A DNA stretch of 64,000 nt, taken from positions 96,001 to 160,000 of the IMG/VR virus record IMGVR_UViG_3300007539_000009; one strand, 5' to 3'. This stretch comes from a virus. The notes beneath the pieces were generated by a model. It saw only the letters and a list, made by a program, of their open reading frames with translations. It was not told the origin of the DNA and made no database searches. Both the position numbers and the translations under genes were made by a program. Positions 52,286 through 62,544 of this stretch are shown piece by piece. Positions within the stretch are counted from its first letter, which is position 1. Every line of letters starts with the position of its first letter.

Positions 52286-55200
52286 TCAGAAAGTGGTCGG
52301 CGGCCAGGCCGGCTGGAGCGGATCGCCGTTGTTTTCGTTGAAAGCAGTAGGCTCTTCTTGGGCCCACGCGATCACCACGCTCGTGGGGTTCATCAGGAAC
52401 TCGTTGTTGTTGGAGATCTCTGCTGCGATCACGTCTGACAACGGAGCCGAGAAGTTGTTCGCTTTGTTGCGGAAGTACGCGCGCACAGCTCGGAGCATCT
52501 CTTGACGCTCTGAACCTGCGAAGAAGTTTGAGCGAGCTGTTTCCGACATGATGGCGATATAGTTCGAGGCAAAGGTGGGATACTTGTTACCAGAGAAACC
52601 TACACGCTTGTACCCCGCAGCCGCACCTACGATCGGAGGCTGATAGCCTGACGGCTTAGCTGAGGTCGGGTACGGGTCTACCCACAAAGACATAGGCCAA
52701 GGCCACGCATCGGTGGTGTTGATAGAGCTAGCTGAAGGGGCACCACCGCCGTTGCTGATGTACCCGTTGTCCAACCAGTAGTCCGCGTTGGCCGGGTCTG
52801 CTGGGTTCCCAGGCACAGGCAGCGGGGCCAGAACGGTCGGATCGCTTGCCAACACACTATCGCCTGAGATCGGGTAGTACTCCTGCCACACGTCAACATC
52901 CGGAGGCGTGTTAGCAGCTGCGTACTTAGTACCGTCAGGCCGCTCGTCTAGGCCGTTGTTGGTGTAGTCAAGACCACTGATCTCGAAGTAGCGAGGAACT
53001 GAATCCGTGACACTCGAAGGCACGTTGCTGTCGAGGTAGTACGGAGATATCGGCATGTTGTCGTGCGGCTCACCAGTTGCGATGTAGTCAGCGTTCTCCA
53101 GCCCCTGCAAGTTAGGCCGCGTGTTACCTGACGGGTCGCGGAACTTCCAAAAGTAACGCCACAGCCCTAACGTAAGTCGTCGCAGCACGTTCGTTGCGCT
53201 AGTTCGGACATCCAGCGTATCGCCGAACAGGCCGGGGATTGTGTTAGTGGCTGAGCCGAAGTACGCACGCTGCGCTGCCCACAAGCCGTTGATCAGTAGA
53301 CCGACCTCCAATGCCTGAGCAGCCCGAGTGCCGTACAGGCTTTGCGTGTAGTTGCCCACTTTGTTGCTGTAATTCGCCTGAAGCGAGCCGGAGCCGGGCA
53401 GCGGCACCTGAATGTACGTGAGCTTGGGGATAGTGTTATCTAGCCAGCGAGAGCATTGCTCACGCACCGGGTCTCCAGCTGGAGACAGGGCGTTTCCAGT
53501 AGCTGCAGCGCAAGTGAGCCACCCCCAGATCCGGCCAATACCGTCTGCTCCTACATTGAGCAGGTTTGGGTTCGGCGGATCACCCAACTGGTTATCGATA
53601 GAGCTCAGAGCGCTCTGCGAACCGCTACCGCCTCGGTACATATACTGCAGCTCAGCCTGAAGCGCGATTCCGCGAGACTGCAGCTTTGCGAGCGGATCGT
53701 TATCTAACCACACCAACGGGTACAGGCCCCACATAGCGCGGCCTTGGTGCGACCAAAAGACCGACGTCGCGTACGTGAAGTTGTTGTACTTAGTTACTGA
53801 TGAGCTGACCGGAGCCTGTGAATCGTTGACGACTTCGTGCGGCCAAAACCCACCGTGAAACCGCTGCTGATAGTAGAACGGGAGTCGCTCAACCCCGATG
53901 GGCTGACGGTTGTAGAAGTAGCCATAATCAAACCCTAAAGGCTGGTGAGCGCTGCTACTTACATCTGAGTCGTAGGACACTCGGGTGGTCAGCCCCGGTC
54001 CATTCTGATAGTTCAAGTTCCAGATCTGAGCGCTGTTCTCTGCAGGCCCACCCGCATTGGCCCAACCGGTGAAGATGTCATCAGTAGTGACTAGGTCGCC
54101 GTTCAGTTTGAAGATACCTGCAGCATGCCGCTCCTGTACGCTGCGATTGCGCATGTAGAAGAACTGAATCGACTTTGGTGATCTGTGCGCCAAGATCTCG
54201 AGGCCAGGAGCTTCGTAGACCTCGCCCCCACCAGTTGCGCCACCTTGGTTGTTGAGCGCTGAGTGGATGATGCCTGTACGAGGCCGAGCTGCGTCTAGCT
54301 GAACAGGGTTGTTGATGCTAGGTACATCTAGCGACGCGCCAGTCGTGAACGCAGCGGCTGTGGCATCATGTGCACCGATCAGTCGCGGACCCCAGTACGG
54401 CTGCATCGACTCGCGGGTGGGCGCTAGGTACTGTTGAGCCAAATAGTTGGCTGTCGCAGGGTTCTGCCAGCAGTACGGTCGAAGCCCGCCCGGAATGGTG
54501 CCATCAACGGCGGTGCCCCAACCCTCTTGCGCAGCGATGCTCTCCGCTTCAGCTGACGAGGAGGCATCAGAGTACACAACTAAGCGGTACTCGTGTTGGT
54601 GTTGCTGAGCCAACTCGAACAGCGGATCCGTAGAGCGCGCTTTGAACGTTAGCAGCTCTTGGCCGGCGGTCGGCGCTGTTCCAGACGCAACAGTGAACGT
54701 GATCTGTGTTTGCGTCGGTGTAGCCAGGAACCCAAACGGCGAACCTGTAAAGCCCCATTGGAAGTTGCCATTGCTGTTCTTGGTGACAGACGCAGCTGTG
54801 ATAGTGCCGATAAACGACCCAGATGCAGTAGACGCCTCAAACTGCAACCCAGGAACCACCGGTCCATAGAAGTTGGCCTCAGGCTCACCATTGCCGAGAC
54901 TCTGGTCATAAGCAATGGCGATGCCGTTGAGCGTCAGCGTGTACGGCCCTGTTCCGGTCAAAGACTGACTCTGCAGTCTGGACTGAACGTACGGATCCGT
55001 AATGTCGATGAACACGCTCTCAGACTCTTGCTCAGCCAAACGCCAACGACCTCGGCCACTGTCGTTTGCCCATCCACCATCTAGCGGGTCAGGCCAGTTG
55101 CGGGCACCAGCCTGCCAAGTAGTGAACGAAGGAGTGAGGAGGTCTAGGTCGCGGAAGTAGCACGTTCCTGGTGTCGTGTTATTGCTCCACCGAACCTGCG

Positions 55201-55582
55201 CACCCGGAATGTCTACACCGGAGTAGTTCACCGGATCGTCCGAGAAGATCCCTGAGGGGTCGGACGTTAGCGTATGCATATTGAGAGTCAACTGCACCGC
55301 AGAGCTACCAGCGCGGAACGTCCAGAACGCGTGGACAGCGAACATGAACGGTACTTCTGTGCCGCCGGTTGTAGTGGGCTCGAGCCTGCCGTGCGTCCGT
55401 AGCGTTACCGCGACAGGACCGGCCTTCTCCTCGACATACGAAGTCGGATCCGTAAGGTCAGGACCGATGTCCAGCGTGTATACGTTGTTGTCGTAGTCCT
55501 CCGTACGCAGCGTCCAGTTGTTGGTGCCGCTAAACGCGGTGCCTACGTCCGTCTCGAACGTGAACTGAGTGATGTCGCCCAT
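52286..55582 (-). CDS. PcRGLX/YetA-like paralog lacking the N-terminal domain, with insertions
   Basis: Colinear with the 776-aa neighbour from its residue about 100 (GATGG, NDPLAK, GR.WGW blocks). Confidence 0.5.
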   Translation of the reverse strand: MGDITQFTFETDVGTAFSGTNNWTLRTEDYDNNVYTLDIGPDLTDPTSYVEEKAGPVAVTLRTHGRLEPTTTGGTEVPFMFAVHAFWTFRAGSSAVQLTLNMHTLTSDPSGIFSDDPVNYSGVDIPGAQVRWSNNTTPGTCYFRDLDLLTPSFTTWQAGARNWPDPLDGGWANDSGRGRWRLAEQESESVFIDITDPYVQSRLQSQSLTGTGPYTLTLNGIAIAYDQSLGNGEPEANFYGPVVPGLQFEASTASGSFIGTITAASVTKNSNGNFQWGFTGSPFGFLATPTQTQITFTVASGTAPTAGQELLTFKARSTDPLFELAQQHQHEYRLVVYSDASSSAEAESIAAQEGWGTAVDGTIPGGLRPYCWQNPATANYLAQQYLAPTRESMQPYWGPRLIGAHDATAAAFTTGASLDVPSINNPVQLDAARPRTGIIHSALNNQGGATGGGEVYEAPGLEILAHRSPKSIQFFYMRNRSVQERHAAGIFKLNGDLVTTDDIFTGWANAGGPAENSAQIWNLNYQNGPGLTTRVSYDSDVSSSAHQPLGFDYGYFYNRQPIGVERLPFYYQQRFHGGFWPHEVVNDSQAPVSSSVTKYNNFTYATSVFWSHQGRAMWGLYPLVWLDNDPLAKLQSRGIALQAELQYMYRGGSGSQSALSSIDNQLGDPPNPNLLNVGADGIGRIWGWLTCAAATGNALSPAGDPVREQCSRWLDNTIPKLTYIQVPLPGSGSLQANYSNKVGNYTQSLYGTRAAQALEVGLLINGLWAAQRAYFGSATNTIPGLFGDTLDVRTSATNVLRRLTLGLWRYFWKFRDPSGNTRPNLQGLENADYIATGEPHDNMPISPYYLDSNVPSSVTDSVPRYFEISGLDYTNNGLDERPDGTKYAAANTPPDVDVWQEYYPISGDSVLASDPTVLAPLPVPGNPADPANADYWLDNGYISNGGGAPSASSINTTDAWPWPMSLWVDPYPTSAKPSGYQPPIVGAAAGYKRVGFSGNKYPTFASNYIAIMSETARSNFFAGSERQEMLRAVRAYFRNKANNFSAPLSDVIAAEISNNNEFLMNPTSVVIAWAQEEPTAFNENNGDPLQPAWPPTTF

Positions 55583-57891
55583 TAGAACTGGATCCCTGAG
55601 GAAGCGAGGTTTGCAATGGTTGCCTGCTCGCTAGCGGTCAACTCTGTCCGACCTTGCAGCTGCGATAGCGCTTCGTTGGTCAACAGGTTGGTGTAGAACT
55701 CGGTGTACGAGCGGCGAAGCTCGGGAATGGTCCCAGTGAAGATCTCGGAGTCTGACGGCTGCAGCGGGTACTTCAGCCCAGCTGACCACCAAGGCGGAGT
55801 CGATACGCTGGCGTTGTACAGATCTCCAGTAGTGACAGTAGGCGGCGTGGTCAGGTTGAACCCGAACGGATTCGGGTCTTCCTCCACAACACCGTAGCTA
55901 CCTGCGGAGTCAACTGGGATCAGATCGTCGTAGTTACTGGTATCGGAAGGCAGACCAGCTGCGGCTAGCGCGTCCTTCAACAGCGGGTTGCTCTTAGTCG
56001 GGCCAAACAGATCTTCGCCCTGGCTTGCGATCGAGTCGATGTTGATCGTCGAAGCTGAGACTTCACCACCAAGCACCTGATCTATGTACTGCTCTTTCGA
56101 GTCAGGCCCATACTGCGCAGCTAGTGCGCCGCTACGTGCTTGCTGCCGGGTCTGCTCGTTGAACTGATCGAGCTGGTCTGCTACTGCTTCGTTGTTCTCG
56201 CTACCTAAGAAACACTCTTTGAGCTGTTCCAAATCCAGACCGAGCTTGTCCTTGATCAGGCCGTTGACGGGGCTAGCCGAGTAGAACGTCTCCCAATCTC
56301 CGTGAATTGCAGCTGTAGCGAGCTCTGTGAGTCCTGTACCTGACAAGAACTCGATGTACTGCTTAGCTTGAGCGATCTTTGCCGTTGACTCCGAGTCCGC
56401 AAGACCCAGAGCCTCCAGCAGCGGGCCCTTCTGGGCCTCGAGTGCGCTGATGCGCTGGGTGATCAATGATTGCAGAGCAATACCAATACCAATGACTACT
56501 TCTTTGCGCAGCGCCGGGTCCGTGAGTCGCTGGCGTGCAAACTTGAGGTACCTATCTATCTGGACAGCGAGTGTCTGGGCCGGCACCACCAGCGCAGGCC
56601 GCAGCTGGAAGTTATCAGTGAACTCCCTGAGGTCATCGTTGAGATCAGGAATGAAGTCACCGAACTTGAAGATCTCCTCTGACGACCGGACGAGCTCGAT
56701 CAGTACCTTGAGCTCAAGGCACCACTTCTTCTCCTTCGCGAAGTACACGAGGAAATCGCCCTGTCCGATGGTCGCCTGAATCTCCTGGAGAACCAGTCGG
56801 ATGCGGCACCGGATGAGGTCTAGTACTGGCGCCAGAAAGTTGTCTGTGCGTAGAGTCTGGTTGAGCTTCGTACGCCACTCAGCCAAGAACCGGCCGTACT
56901 CCTCACGAGTACCTTGTGACGACATCCACGCGTCACGCTCTACCTGCAGCACCTCAATCTGCGCCAGCAGTACATACGGTGTGACAGAGAACGTCAGCAG
57001 AGGGTCGGGAGCTTCATTACACAGCAGGTCCTCTGCCTGCTGCAGCAACGCCTTGGCTGCGTCGTAGTCGCCCTCGCTGAAACGTTGACCGCTAAGAATC
57101 CTTGACTGCACACCGGCAAAGCGCAAGTCAGCGCTACGCAACACGCGATCTACTTGACGGAGGAACTCGTCGTGGTTGATGTCGAAGACTATGTCTTCAA
57201 GATTCTCCACCGCCTCGTTCACGCGGTCAATCTGAGAACGCATGTTGCGGAGGATCTTCGCCTCGAGGCTGTACGCAGTGTCGAGCTCGCTCAGCGCGAC
57301 AAAGAACAGGCCCTCGATGAATCCGCCGCCTGTTTGGTTGGCTAGACCAACAAACAGTGAGTGGGCAGCCGAAACCTTCTTCAGGCTCTCGGTCACTGCA
57401 CCAGCCGCTACTTTGCTGACGGTACCAGCTGTTGCGTAGATGAGGTTTGTCTCGCAGTCACCACCGGCGTTACGGGGAGACTTGCGAAGCTGGGGAGTGA
57501 TGCGTCGGTTGATCGCCGCAACTGAGGGGACTGGAGCACCTGTCCCTTCGGGGATACCAGCCAGCTGATCTAGTACTTCAGTACCGGGCGCAGTCAGCGC
57601 AGCGCCAAGTGCATCTGGGTTGAAGAACCCGTCAATGGTGTCCCTAAATGTCGTCTGTCCGCTGCTGATCGCGCTGATGTCGAACCCAAACGCTCCAGCA
57701 ATCGCATCGTTTGCGGCTTGCAGTGGACCTTCTTTGGTCAGCTGCCACAGACCGTCACTGCGCAGGTTGATGATCTCCTGCAACACCGCTTCAGCGTCGT
57801 ACCCGAGCTGCTCGAAGATCAGGTCAACCTGAGTCCGAGCTAGGGTCACGAACCTCCCCAGAGAGGTGTTGCAGGCTGCTGTGTCTACCAC
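55582..57891 (-). CDS. Large alpha-helical probable virion protein
   Basis: 769 aa, TAATG-coupled to the lyase-like gene; no family recognised. Confidence 0.55.
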   Translation of the reverse strand: MVDTAACNTSLGRFVTLARTQVDLIFEQLGYDAEAVLQEIINLRSDGLWQLTKEGPLQAANDAIAGAFGFDISAISSGQTTFRDTIDGFFNPDALGAALTAPGTEVLDQLAGIPEGTGAPVPSVAAINRRITPQLRKSPRNAGGDCETNLIYATAGTVSKVAAGAVTESLKKVSAAHSLFVGLANQTGGGFIEGLFFVALSELDTAYSLEAKILRNMRSQIDRVNEAVENLEDIVFDINHDEFLRQVDRVLRSADLRFAGVQSRILSGQRFSEGDYDAAKALLQQAEDLLCNEAPDPLLTFSVTPYVLLAQIEVLQVERDAWMSSQGTREEYGRFLAEWRTKLNQTLRTDNFLAPVLDLIRCRIRLVLQEIQATIGQGDFLVYFAKEKKWCLELKVLIELVRSSEEIFKFGDFIPDLNDDLREFTDNFQLRPALVVPAQTLAVQIDRYLKFARQRLTDPALRKEVVIGIGIALQSLITQRISALEAQKGPLLEALGLADSESTAKIAQAKQYIEFLSGTGLTELATAAIHGDWETFYSASPVNGLIKDKLGLDLEQLKECFLGSENNEAVADQLDQFNEQTRQQARSGALAAQYGPDSKEQYIDQVLGGEVSASTINIDSIASQGEDLFGPTKSNPLLKDALAAAGLPSDTSNYDDLIPVDSAGSYGVVEEDPNPFGFNLTTPPTVTTGDLYNASVSTPPWWSAGLKYPLQPSDSEIFTGTIPELRRSYTEFYTNLLTNEALSQLQGRTELTASEQATIANLASSGIQF

Positions 57892-57985
57892 GATTCAGGG
57901 TACAAATATGCGGCTATATCTGACATGAGTCTATTGACCTCGCTGCTACTAGTTTGCGGGGTACGATCAGCGGCCAAGGGGGTCG

Positions 57986-58393
57986 TTGTGTTCCTCAGTA
58001 GGCACTGTGACAACGAGAACAGAGGAGAGTACCGTGCCCACTTCCACCGCCTCTCGAGTGGATTACCCCCTCCTCGCCTTCCCGGGCGAGGACACCGAGT
58101 TCACCTGCTTGACCCGGACCGGACAAGTCGTCAACTGCGACGAGTACAGCCACAACGGCCGAATGTACTCCGTCGAAGTTGCGGCCGGCCAACGCAGAGG
58201 TCAGGTGGTGGACATCTCTCCGCACGCCGTCAAAAGCCTCACGGCAAGCGACGGCAACATCCAGCTGCATCTGCGGCTGCTCGACAGCACCCTCACCGTG
58301 CTCCTCGACCGTGAAGCCATTGCGCTGAACATTGAGGTCGACATGCGGGAAGAGGTGTTCGCCGAGAGGATCAGGCCGGTGAAGGCGCGATGA
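57986..58393 (+). CDS. Hypothetical beta-rich protein (start uncertain)
   Basis: GC3-rich plus-strand ORF divergent from the late operon. Confidence 0.5.
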   Translation: MCSSVGTVTTRTEESTVPTSTASRVDYPLLAFPGEDTEFTCLTRTGQVVNCDEYSHNGRMYSVEVAAGQRRGQVVDISPHAVKSLTASDGNIQLHLRLLDSTLTVLLDREAIALNIEVDMREEVFAERIRPVKAR

Positions 58394-58586
58394 TTCCGGT
58401 CCGACGCAGTCTCTGCGTTCGGCGGACCAGCCGCTCCTGAACAACCTGCTTGATCGCATCGTCCCATGACCGGTAGGCATCCTGCCCCCTGAGCTCGTGG
58501 AGACGAACTAGGTCTTTGGATGTGAAGAATCCAGGGACGTCAATCCCTCCGGGGATCTTCTCCAGCAGGTCCTTGCGACGCATCAC
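58371..58586 (-). CDS. Hypothetical protein
   Basis: 71 aa, GTGA-coupled. Confidence 0.5.
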   Translation of the reverse strand: MMRRKDLLEKIPGGIDVPGFFTSKDLVRLHELRGQDAYRSWDDAIKQVVQERLVRRTQRLRRTGIIAPSPA

Positions 58587-59131
58587 TGTTTCAGTGCTCT
58601 CGCTCGGGCAACGTCCTGATCCGTCAGGATGCGGCCGTACGCGTAACCACGCTGTGCGGCATCTGTCACCTTGTGCTTGAGCTTCGGCTTAGGCATTTGG
58701 TTGTCCAGGTGAGCTGTGGTGGCTGCTGCCAGCTTCGTCACTAGGGACGCCCTCTTCGTAAGCACATTCCGCTCGTTCCTCCCAGGGGAACCAGGACTGA
58801 GATGTTGCTTGTCCTGTAATCCTGCAGGGTTGGGCCCACCCTTGGTGCGTCGTCTTCGCGTCAGCACCTTAGCTTGTTTGGTCATGTCGTTGCCTTGCTC
58901 GTCTTCAAACCAGGCGGCAGACAACGGCACTCCTTGTCTGCGCCGCTCTCGGTAGCTCAGCCGCCTCTTGGCTGGACCTTTCGAGTGGGTAGCCGGCAGT
59001 CGGACGGTTCCCGTACCCCGTCCACCTCCTGCTTCATGGCTCCGAGCATCCCTCTTCGTCGTGAGCGCAGGCAAGTCTACAGCGTACGGATCCGTGCGGT
59101 CCCAGTGAGTAGTCCCGTAGGTGGACATCAA
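58583..59131 (-). CDS. Basic protein with K-x-A motifs
   Basis: TKQAK, TKRAS, TKLAAA. Confidence 0.5.
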   Translation of the reverse strand: MMSTYGTTHWDRTDPYAVDLPALTTKRDARSHEAGGGRGTGTVRLPATHSKGPAKRRLSYRERRRQGVPLSAAWFEDEQGNDMTKQAKVLTRRRRTKGGPNPAGLQDKQHLSPGSPGRNERNVLTKRASLVTKLAAATTAHLDNQMPKPKLKHKVTDAAQRGYAYGRILTDQDVARARALKQ

Positions 59132-59174
59132 TCACATGGTACCGCAACAGCAACACCACACCACAACAGGTATC

Positions 59175-59561
59175 ATGGAAACCACCGACAACACCCAAGA
59201 CCTTTTCTCGGCCGACATCTCGTCGGCCACCGACGACCTGTTCGGAAATCGTGACCTGCTCGTCACGGTCGATGCGAACGGGCACATGCCCGGCGAGACC
59301 GAGCGCAAGGTACAGAGCGTGGCCAACATAGTTGGCCTCGTGCTCGGGATGGCTTCCGGAGTCCTCGGACTCTGGTGGCTCTGGAGCATGTTCCGGAGTT
59401 CCGGAAAGCTCATGGAGAGCGCCACCGACTACCTGGCCGTCTCAAGCGGCCAGCGAGAAACCGAGGCGGAGGAGAACGCCAAGGTCCTCGAGGAGATCGA
59501 GGCGGCGGCCGGCGGCGGCGGCATCGGAGCCAAGGACATCAAGAAGGCCCTCGGCGTCTGA
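59175..59561 (+). CDS. Single-TM membrane protein
   Basis: IVGLVLGMASGVLGLWWLW; GC3-rich. Confidence 0.6.
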   Translation: METTDNTQDLFSADISSATDDLFGNRDLLVTVDANGHMPGETERKVQSVANIVGLVLGMASGVLGLWWLWSMFRSSGKLMESATDYLAVSSGQRETEAEENAKVLEEIEAAAGGGGIGAKDIKKALGV

Positions 59562-59584
59562 GGAAGAGGAACTCTCCTCCCTTC

Positions 59585-59638
59585 GCGGCCCTGTCTCGTC
59601 CCTTCGGGGGCGGGGCGGGGCCGCCCTTCTCCTCTTTT
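59585..59638 (+). terminator. Intrinsic terminator between convergent genes
   Basis: GCGGCCC..TCCC-TTCG-GGGG..GGGCCGC then pyrimidine/T tract. Confidence 0.7.
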
Positions 59639-59640
59639 AC

Positions 59641-60144
59641 TTAGAAGATCTTAGCGGACTTCTTCCGCGAAAGAACCGAAGTCGGGTCAGGCCAGGAAAG
59701 CATCATCACCGTGTGTGCCACTTGGCCCGGAAAGACAGGCAGGATTGTCGGGGGGTCGATCTCTGTGTCAAGGTCAATGTTGTTGGTGATGTAAGTGTCG
59801 TACCAGTCGTGGTAGACCTCGACGATCGGCTGCCGCATAACGAACAGCTGCGGAGTCAGCTGGTACTGAGCTTTGAGGGCTCCAGAGCTCAGCCAGGCCA
59901 GGTACCGATCAAGATCCTCCTCGGCCCCTACGTAGAAGACACGCAAGGCATCGAACACGCGCACCTTATTACGCCCACCAGTTGACGCCGGCATGATGAC
60001 ATCTACCAAGTCAATGTCTCCGCTAGATTCCGCAACCACCGCCATCACGCGGTACACCTGCGACATGTCCAACGGACATCGGCGCGTTATGTGCGCGCCG
60101 GGTTTGAACGGCTTGTGCACATACGTCCGATCAGGCAGCCGCAT
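59641..60144 (-). CDS. Hypothetical protein
   Basis: 167 aa. Confidence 0.6.
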   Translation of the reverse strand: MRLPDRTYVHKPFKPGAHITRRCPLDMSQVYRVMAVVAESSGDIDLVDVIMPASTGGRNKVRVFDALRVFYVGAEEDLDRYLAWLSSGALKAQYQLTPQLFVMRQPIVEVYHDWYDTYITNNIDLDTEIDPPTILPVFPGQVAHTVMMLSWPDPTSVLSRKKSAKIF

Positions 60145-60478
60145 CTTCTCTGACTACTAAGCCTGCCCTAGCCTCGACCGATACGTAGGTCTTAGCTAAC
60201 CAGCTGGTGGCTACTGACTCTGGTACGTCATCCGAGAAGATCACTGTGATTGCTGTGTCTGCCAGCAGGTCGTCAACAGGCTCAAGGGCGATGGTCAACT
60301 GACCAGTCTCCAACTCAAACTCTACGTACGCGCGACCCTTGGTTGCCGGAACGTTGTACACCGGAGTGCCAAAAGCGTTGACCGCTTCCGCTACTGCCTC
60401 GTAAGCGTACGTCGTACCGTCTACCAACCAGCGCTCGCTGCGCGAGAACTGACCTCCGTCGATCAAAGCCAGACCCAC
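60131..60478 (-). CDS. Hypothetical beta-rich protein
   Basis: 115 aa. Confidence 0.55.
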   Translation of the reverse strand: MGLALIDGGQFSRSERWLVDGTTYAYEAVAEAVNAFGTPVYNVPATKGRAYVEFELETGQLTIALEPVDDLLADTAITVIFSDDVPESVATSWLAKTYVSVEARAGLVVREDAAA

Positions 60479-60699
60479 AGGTGCGCCTCCCCTTTCGGAT
60501 GCCCGTAGAGAACGCCGGGCTGCTCCGTCTCAAGCACCTCTTGTCGCTTAGGACGAAGCACACCAGGCTTGCTGGTGCGGATGCGCTGCAGACGTAGACG
60601 ACGAACGCGATACCCAGCTGGCCGCGTGATGCGAGCACCAGCCTGGATGATACTACTCGGGAGTGTTCCCGGAAGCGGAGGTAACGGTACGCTAGCCAT
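60463..60699 (-). CDS. Small basic/Pro-rich protein
   Basis: 78 aa, overlaps both neighbours. Confidence 0.4.
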   Translation of the reverse strand: MASVPLPPLPGTLPSSIIQAGARITRPAGYRVRRLRLQRIRTSKPGVLRPKRQEVLETEQPGVLYGHPKGEAHLWVWL

Positions 60700-61573
60700 T
60701 TGCCTGTTCGCGCAGTTGCGCTACAGACAGTTTGGCCCAGTTGGCTCGGTGAATCGGAGTATCCGTATACGGAGACAAGTTGTACGCGCTGGCGCCAAAA
60801 GACCGCGCCCAGGCTGGGAACGGGGTGAAGAACTTGTCGTGTCTCGGATTCCAACCACCGCCGCCGGTAGATTGGAACTTGTGCATTCGGTTGTGTGCGC
60901 CGCACTCACGACAGATGGCAGTACCACCGCGCCGGATGATCATCGACATATCCCCGACTGCCCGACACTCGAGGCAGGTCCACGACTTGTTAGTATGCGC
61001 AGAGCCGTAGAAGTGGGTGTCCTTCTTGTTCTTCGCCTGATCAGCAGCACTCAGGTCGATACCCAGGATGCTCACTGACTTCGCCTTGGACAGCACTGCC
61101 AGTTGGAGCGCGTACGGAGGTGTTGTTCCTTGGCGAATGAGAGGGTCCTCGGCGGTCTTAGGCCATCGCCACTTGTCCGGAGCTCCGGTGTTTGCTGTCA
61201 GCAAGAAGTAGCGTAAGTCCTGCACACGCTCCTGCAGGATCCAGCTGTTAGGCGACTGCTGACCAAACCCGTGCCAAGTGAAGAACTTGCCGTCGTACGC
61301 ACGGTACAGCGGCTCCTCAACAGTCACGATAGGCGGGTCGGTGAACAGTACAGCTGTTGGCTGATACACCCGGCAGATCCTGTTGATCCCGATGGTGACA
61401 ATGCTGGGATGGTCCAACAGCTCGAGATCAACTTCGTTGAGCGCCGGGCTATTACCTAGCACAACAACATGCTTGCCCTTCAGATCCACGTGCGGGTCGC
61501 TGAAGAACTCCGCCATCCCATCACGCTTCTGGCGCAGCTCTTTCTTAGCCGCACTAACACTCTGAATTGTCAT
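60692..61573 (-). CDS. Sialyltransferase (GT42/CstII)- or Maf/MptE-like protein with Zn-ribbon insert
   Basis: VVVLGNSPAL..TIGINR..FTDP..GTT..ALQLA..ILGIDL..HFYG; CLEC..CREC. Confidence 0.7.
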   Translation of the reverse strand: MTIQSVSAAKKELRQKRDGMAEFFSDPHVDLKGKHVVVLGNSPALNEVDLELLDHPSIVTIGINRICRVYQPTAVLFTDPPIVTVEEPLYRAYDGKFFTWHGFGQQSPNSWILQERVQDLRYFLLTANTGAPDKWRWPKTAEDPLIRQGTTPPYALQLAVLSKAKSVSILGIDLSAADQAKNKKDTHFYGSAHTNKSWTCLECRAVGDMSMIIRRGGTAICRECGAHNRMHKFQSTGGGGWNPRHDKFFTPFPAWARSFGASAYNLSPYTDTPIHRANWAKLSVAQLREQANG

Positions 61574-62544
61574 TTGTGCTTGTAAGCCTTAGCGGCTTGA
61601 GAACGGTTGCCTGTAACTAACGACTTCTGAGGAGCCTTCACAACCTGGCCCCGATACTTGAAGTACTCGCTGTTCAGCTGCCGCCTCTGCGACTTCTTGA
61701 ACTTCTTGAGGATATCAGTCATCGGACGGCCAGAGCGTACGAGCTTAGCACCAGGCAGTAGCCGTTTGGTAGCGCGAGCTATCGTCTGTTCCAGCAGCGT
61801 GCTTTCAGACTTCTTGGCCTTCTTCTTGCTGCGCTTTGGCTTGTCCGCTCTAGGGGCATCCAACATGGCTTCCATCAAAAGAAGCAGCGCCTCCCGAGGC
61901 ATCGACGAAGAGTTCTTCTCGATCCCTACAGAATCAGCGGTCGGATCGTCGCGATCATCCTCGTCAGGGCGGTTGTACGCGGCGTCCATCTTGTCGTACA
62001 GCCGCCGCATGTGCGGGCTACGAGTAGCCCTGTTCTTCTTGGCTCTAGCCTGATCCCGCTCTCTGCCTGCCGGATCCGGATTGCCAGGACCGGCGCCGCC
62101 AAAGACTGCATGCTTCTGCAGCCTGGATTCCATCTTCGCCAGAGCCTTGTAGTAATTGGGGCTCTCAGTCAGATGATCCTTGGCTACCTCTTTGGCAACT
62201 GCGCGGCTCCTGGTGTGCTCACGCTCGACCTTAGTGCCTCGACGTAGCTGCTCGTGGTTGAAGGCGGCGTCAGGCATATGGTCTGCCTTGCCGCCCTTCA
62301 GCCGCTCGGCCGTCTTCGTCCACTTGCCGTCCTCGTACTCGTAATCGAGCTTGCCTTTGTAAGGAGGGCCTTGCTTCTGCTTGCCAGGCTTGCCTTGCTT
62401 AGCTGCGATACGCGCTTTGACCTCAGCCGGCATATTGGGGTGGGCACGCTTGAGCGCCCGGTAGATCTCTCGGACCTTCTCCGGGCGCTCTTGGTCCAGG
62501 AACGGTGTTCCTGCCTGCTTGGTGACGTCCATCACAAACGTCAA
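61570..62544 (-). CDS. Basic multi-module protein containing a DUF5661-like block
   Basis: QLRRGTKVEREHT....AKEVAKDHL.E.PNYYKAL.KME. Confidence 0.7.
   Translation of the reverse strand: MTFVMDVTKQAGTPFLDQERPEKVREIYRALKRAHPNMPAEVKARIAAKQGKPGKQKQGPPYKGKLDYEYEDGKWTKTAERLKGGKADHMPDAAFNHEQLRRGTKVEREHTRSRAVAKEVAKDHLTESPNYYKALAKMESRLQKHAVFGGAGPGNPDPAGRERDQARAKKNRATRSPHMRRLYDKMDAAYNRPDEDDRDDPTADSVGIEKNSSSMPREALLLLMEAMLDAPRADKPKRSKKKAKKSESTLLEQTIARATKRLLPGAKLVRSGRPMTDILKKFKKSQRRQLNSEYFKYRGQVVKAPQKSLVTGNRSQAAKAYKHK

Noticed and set aside
55582-57891. Tape measure protein
   Set aside because: Helical, but has no periodic aromatic repeats and no tail-chaperone frameshift gene upstream
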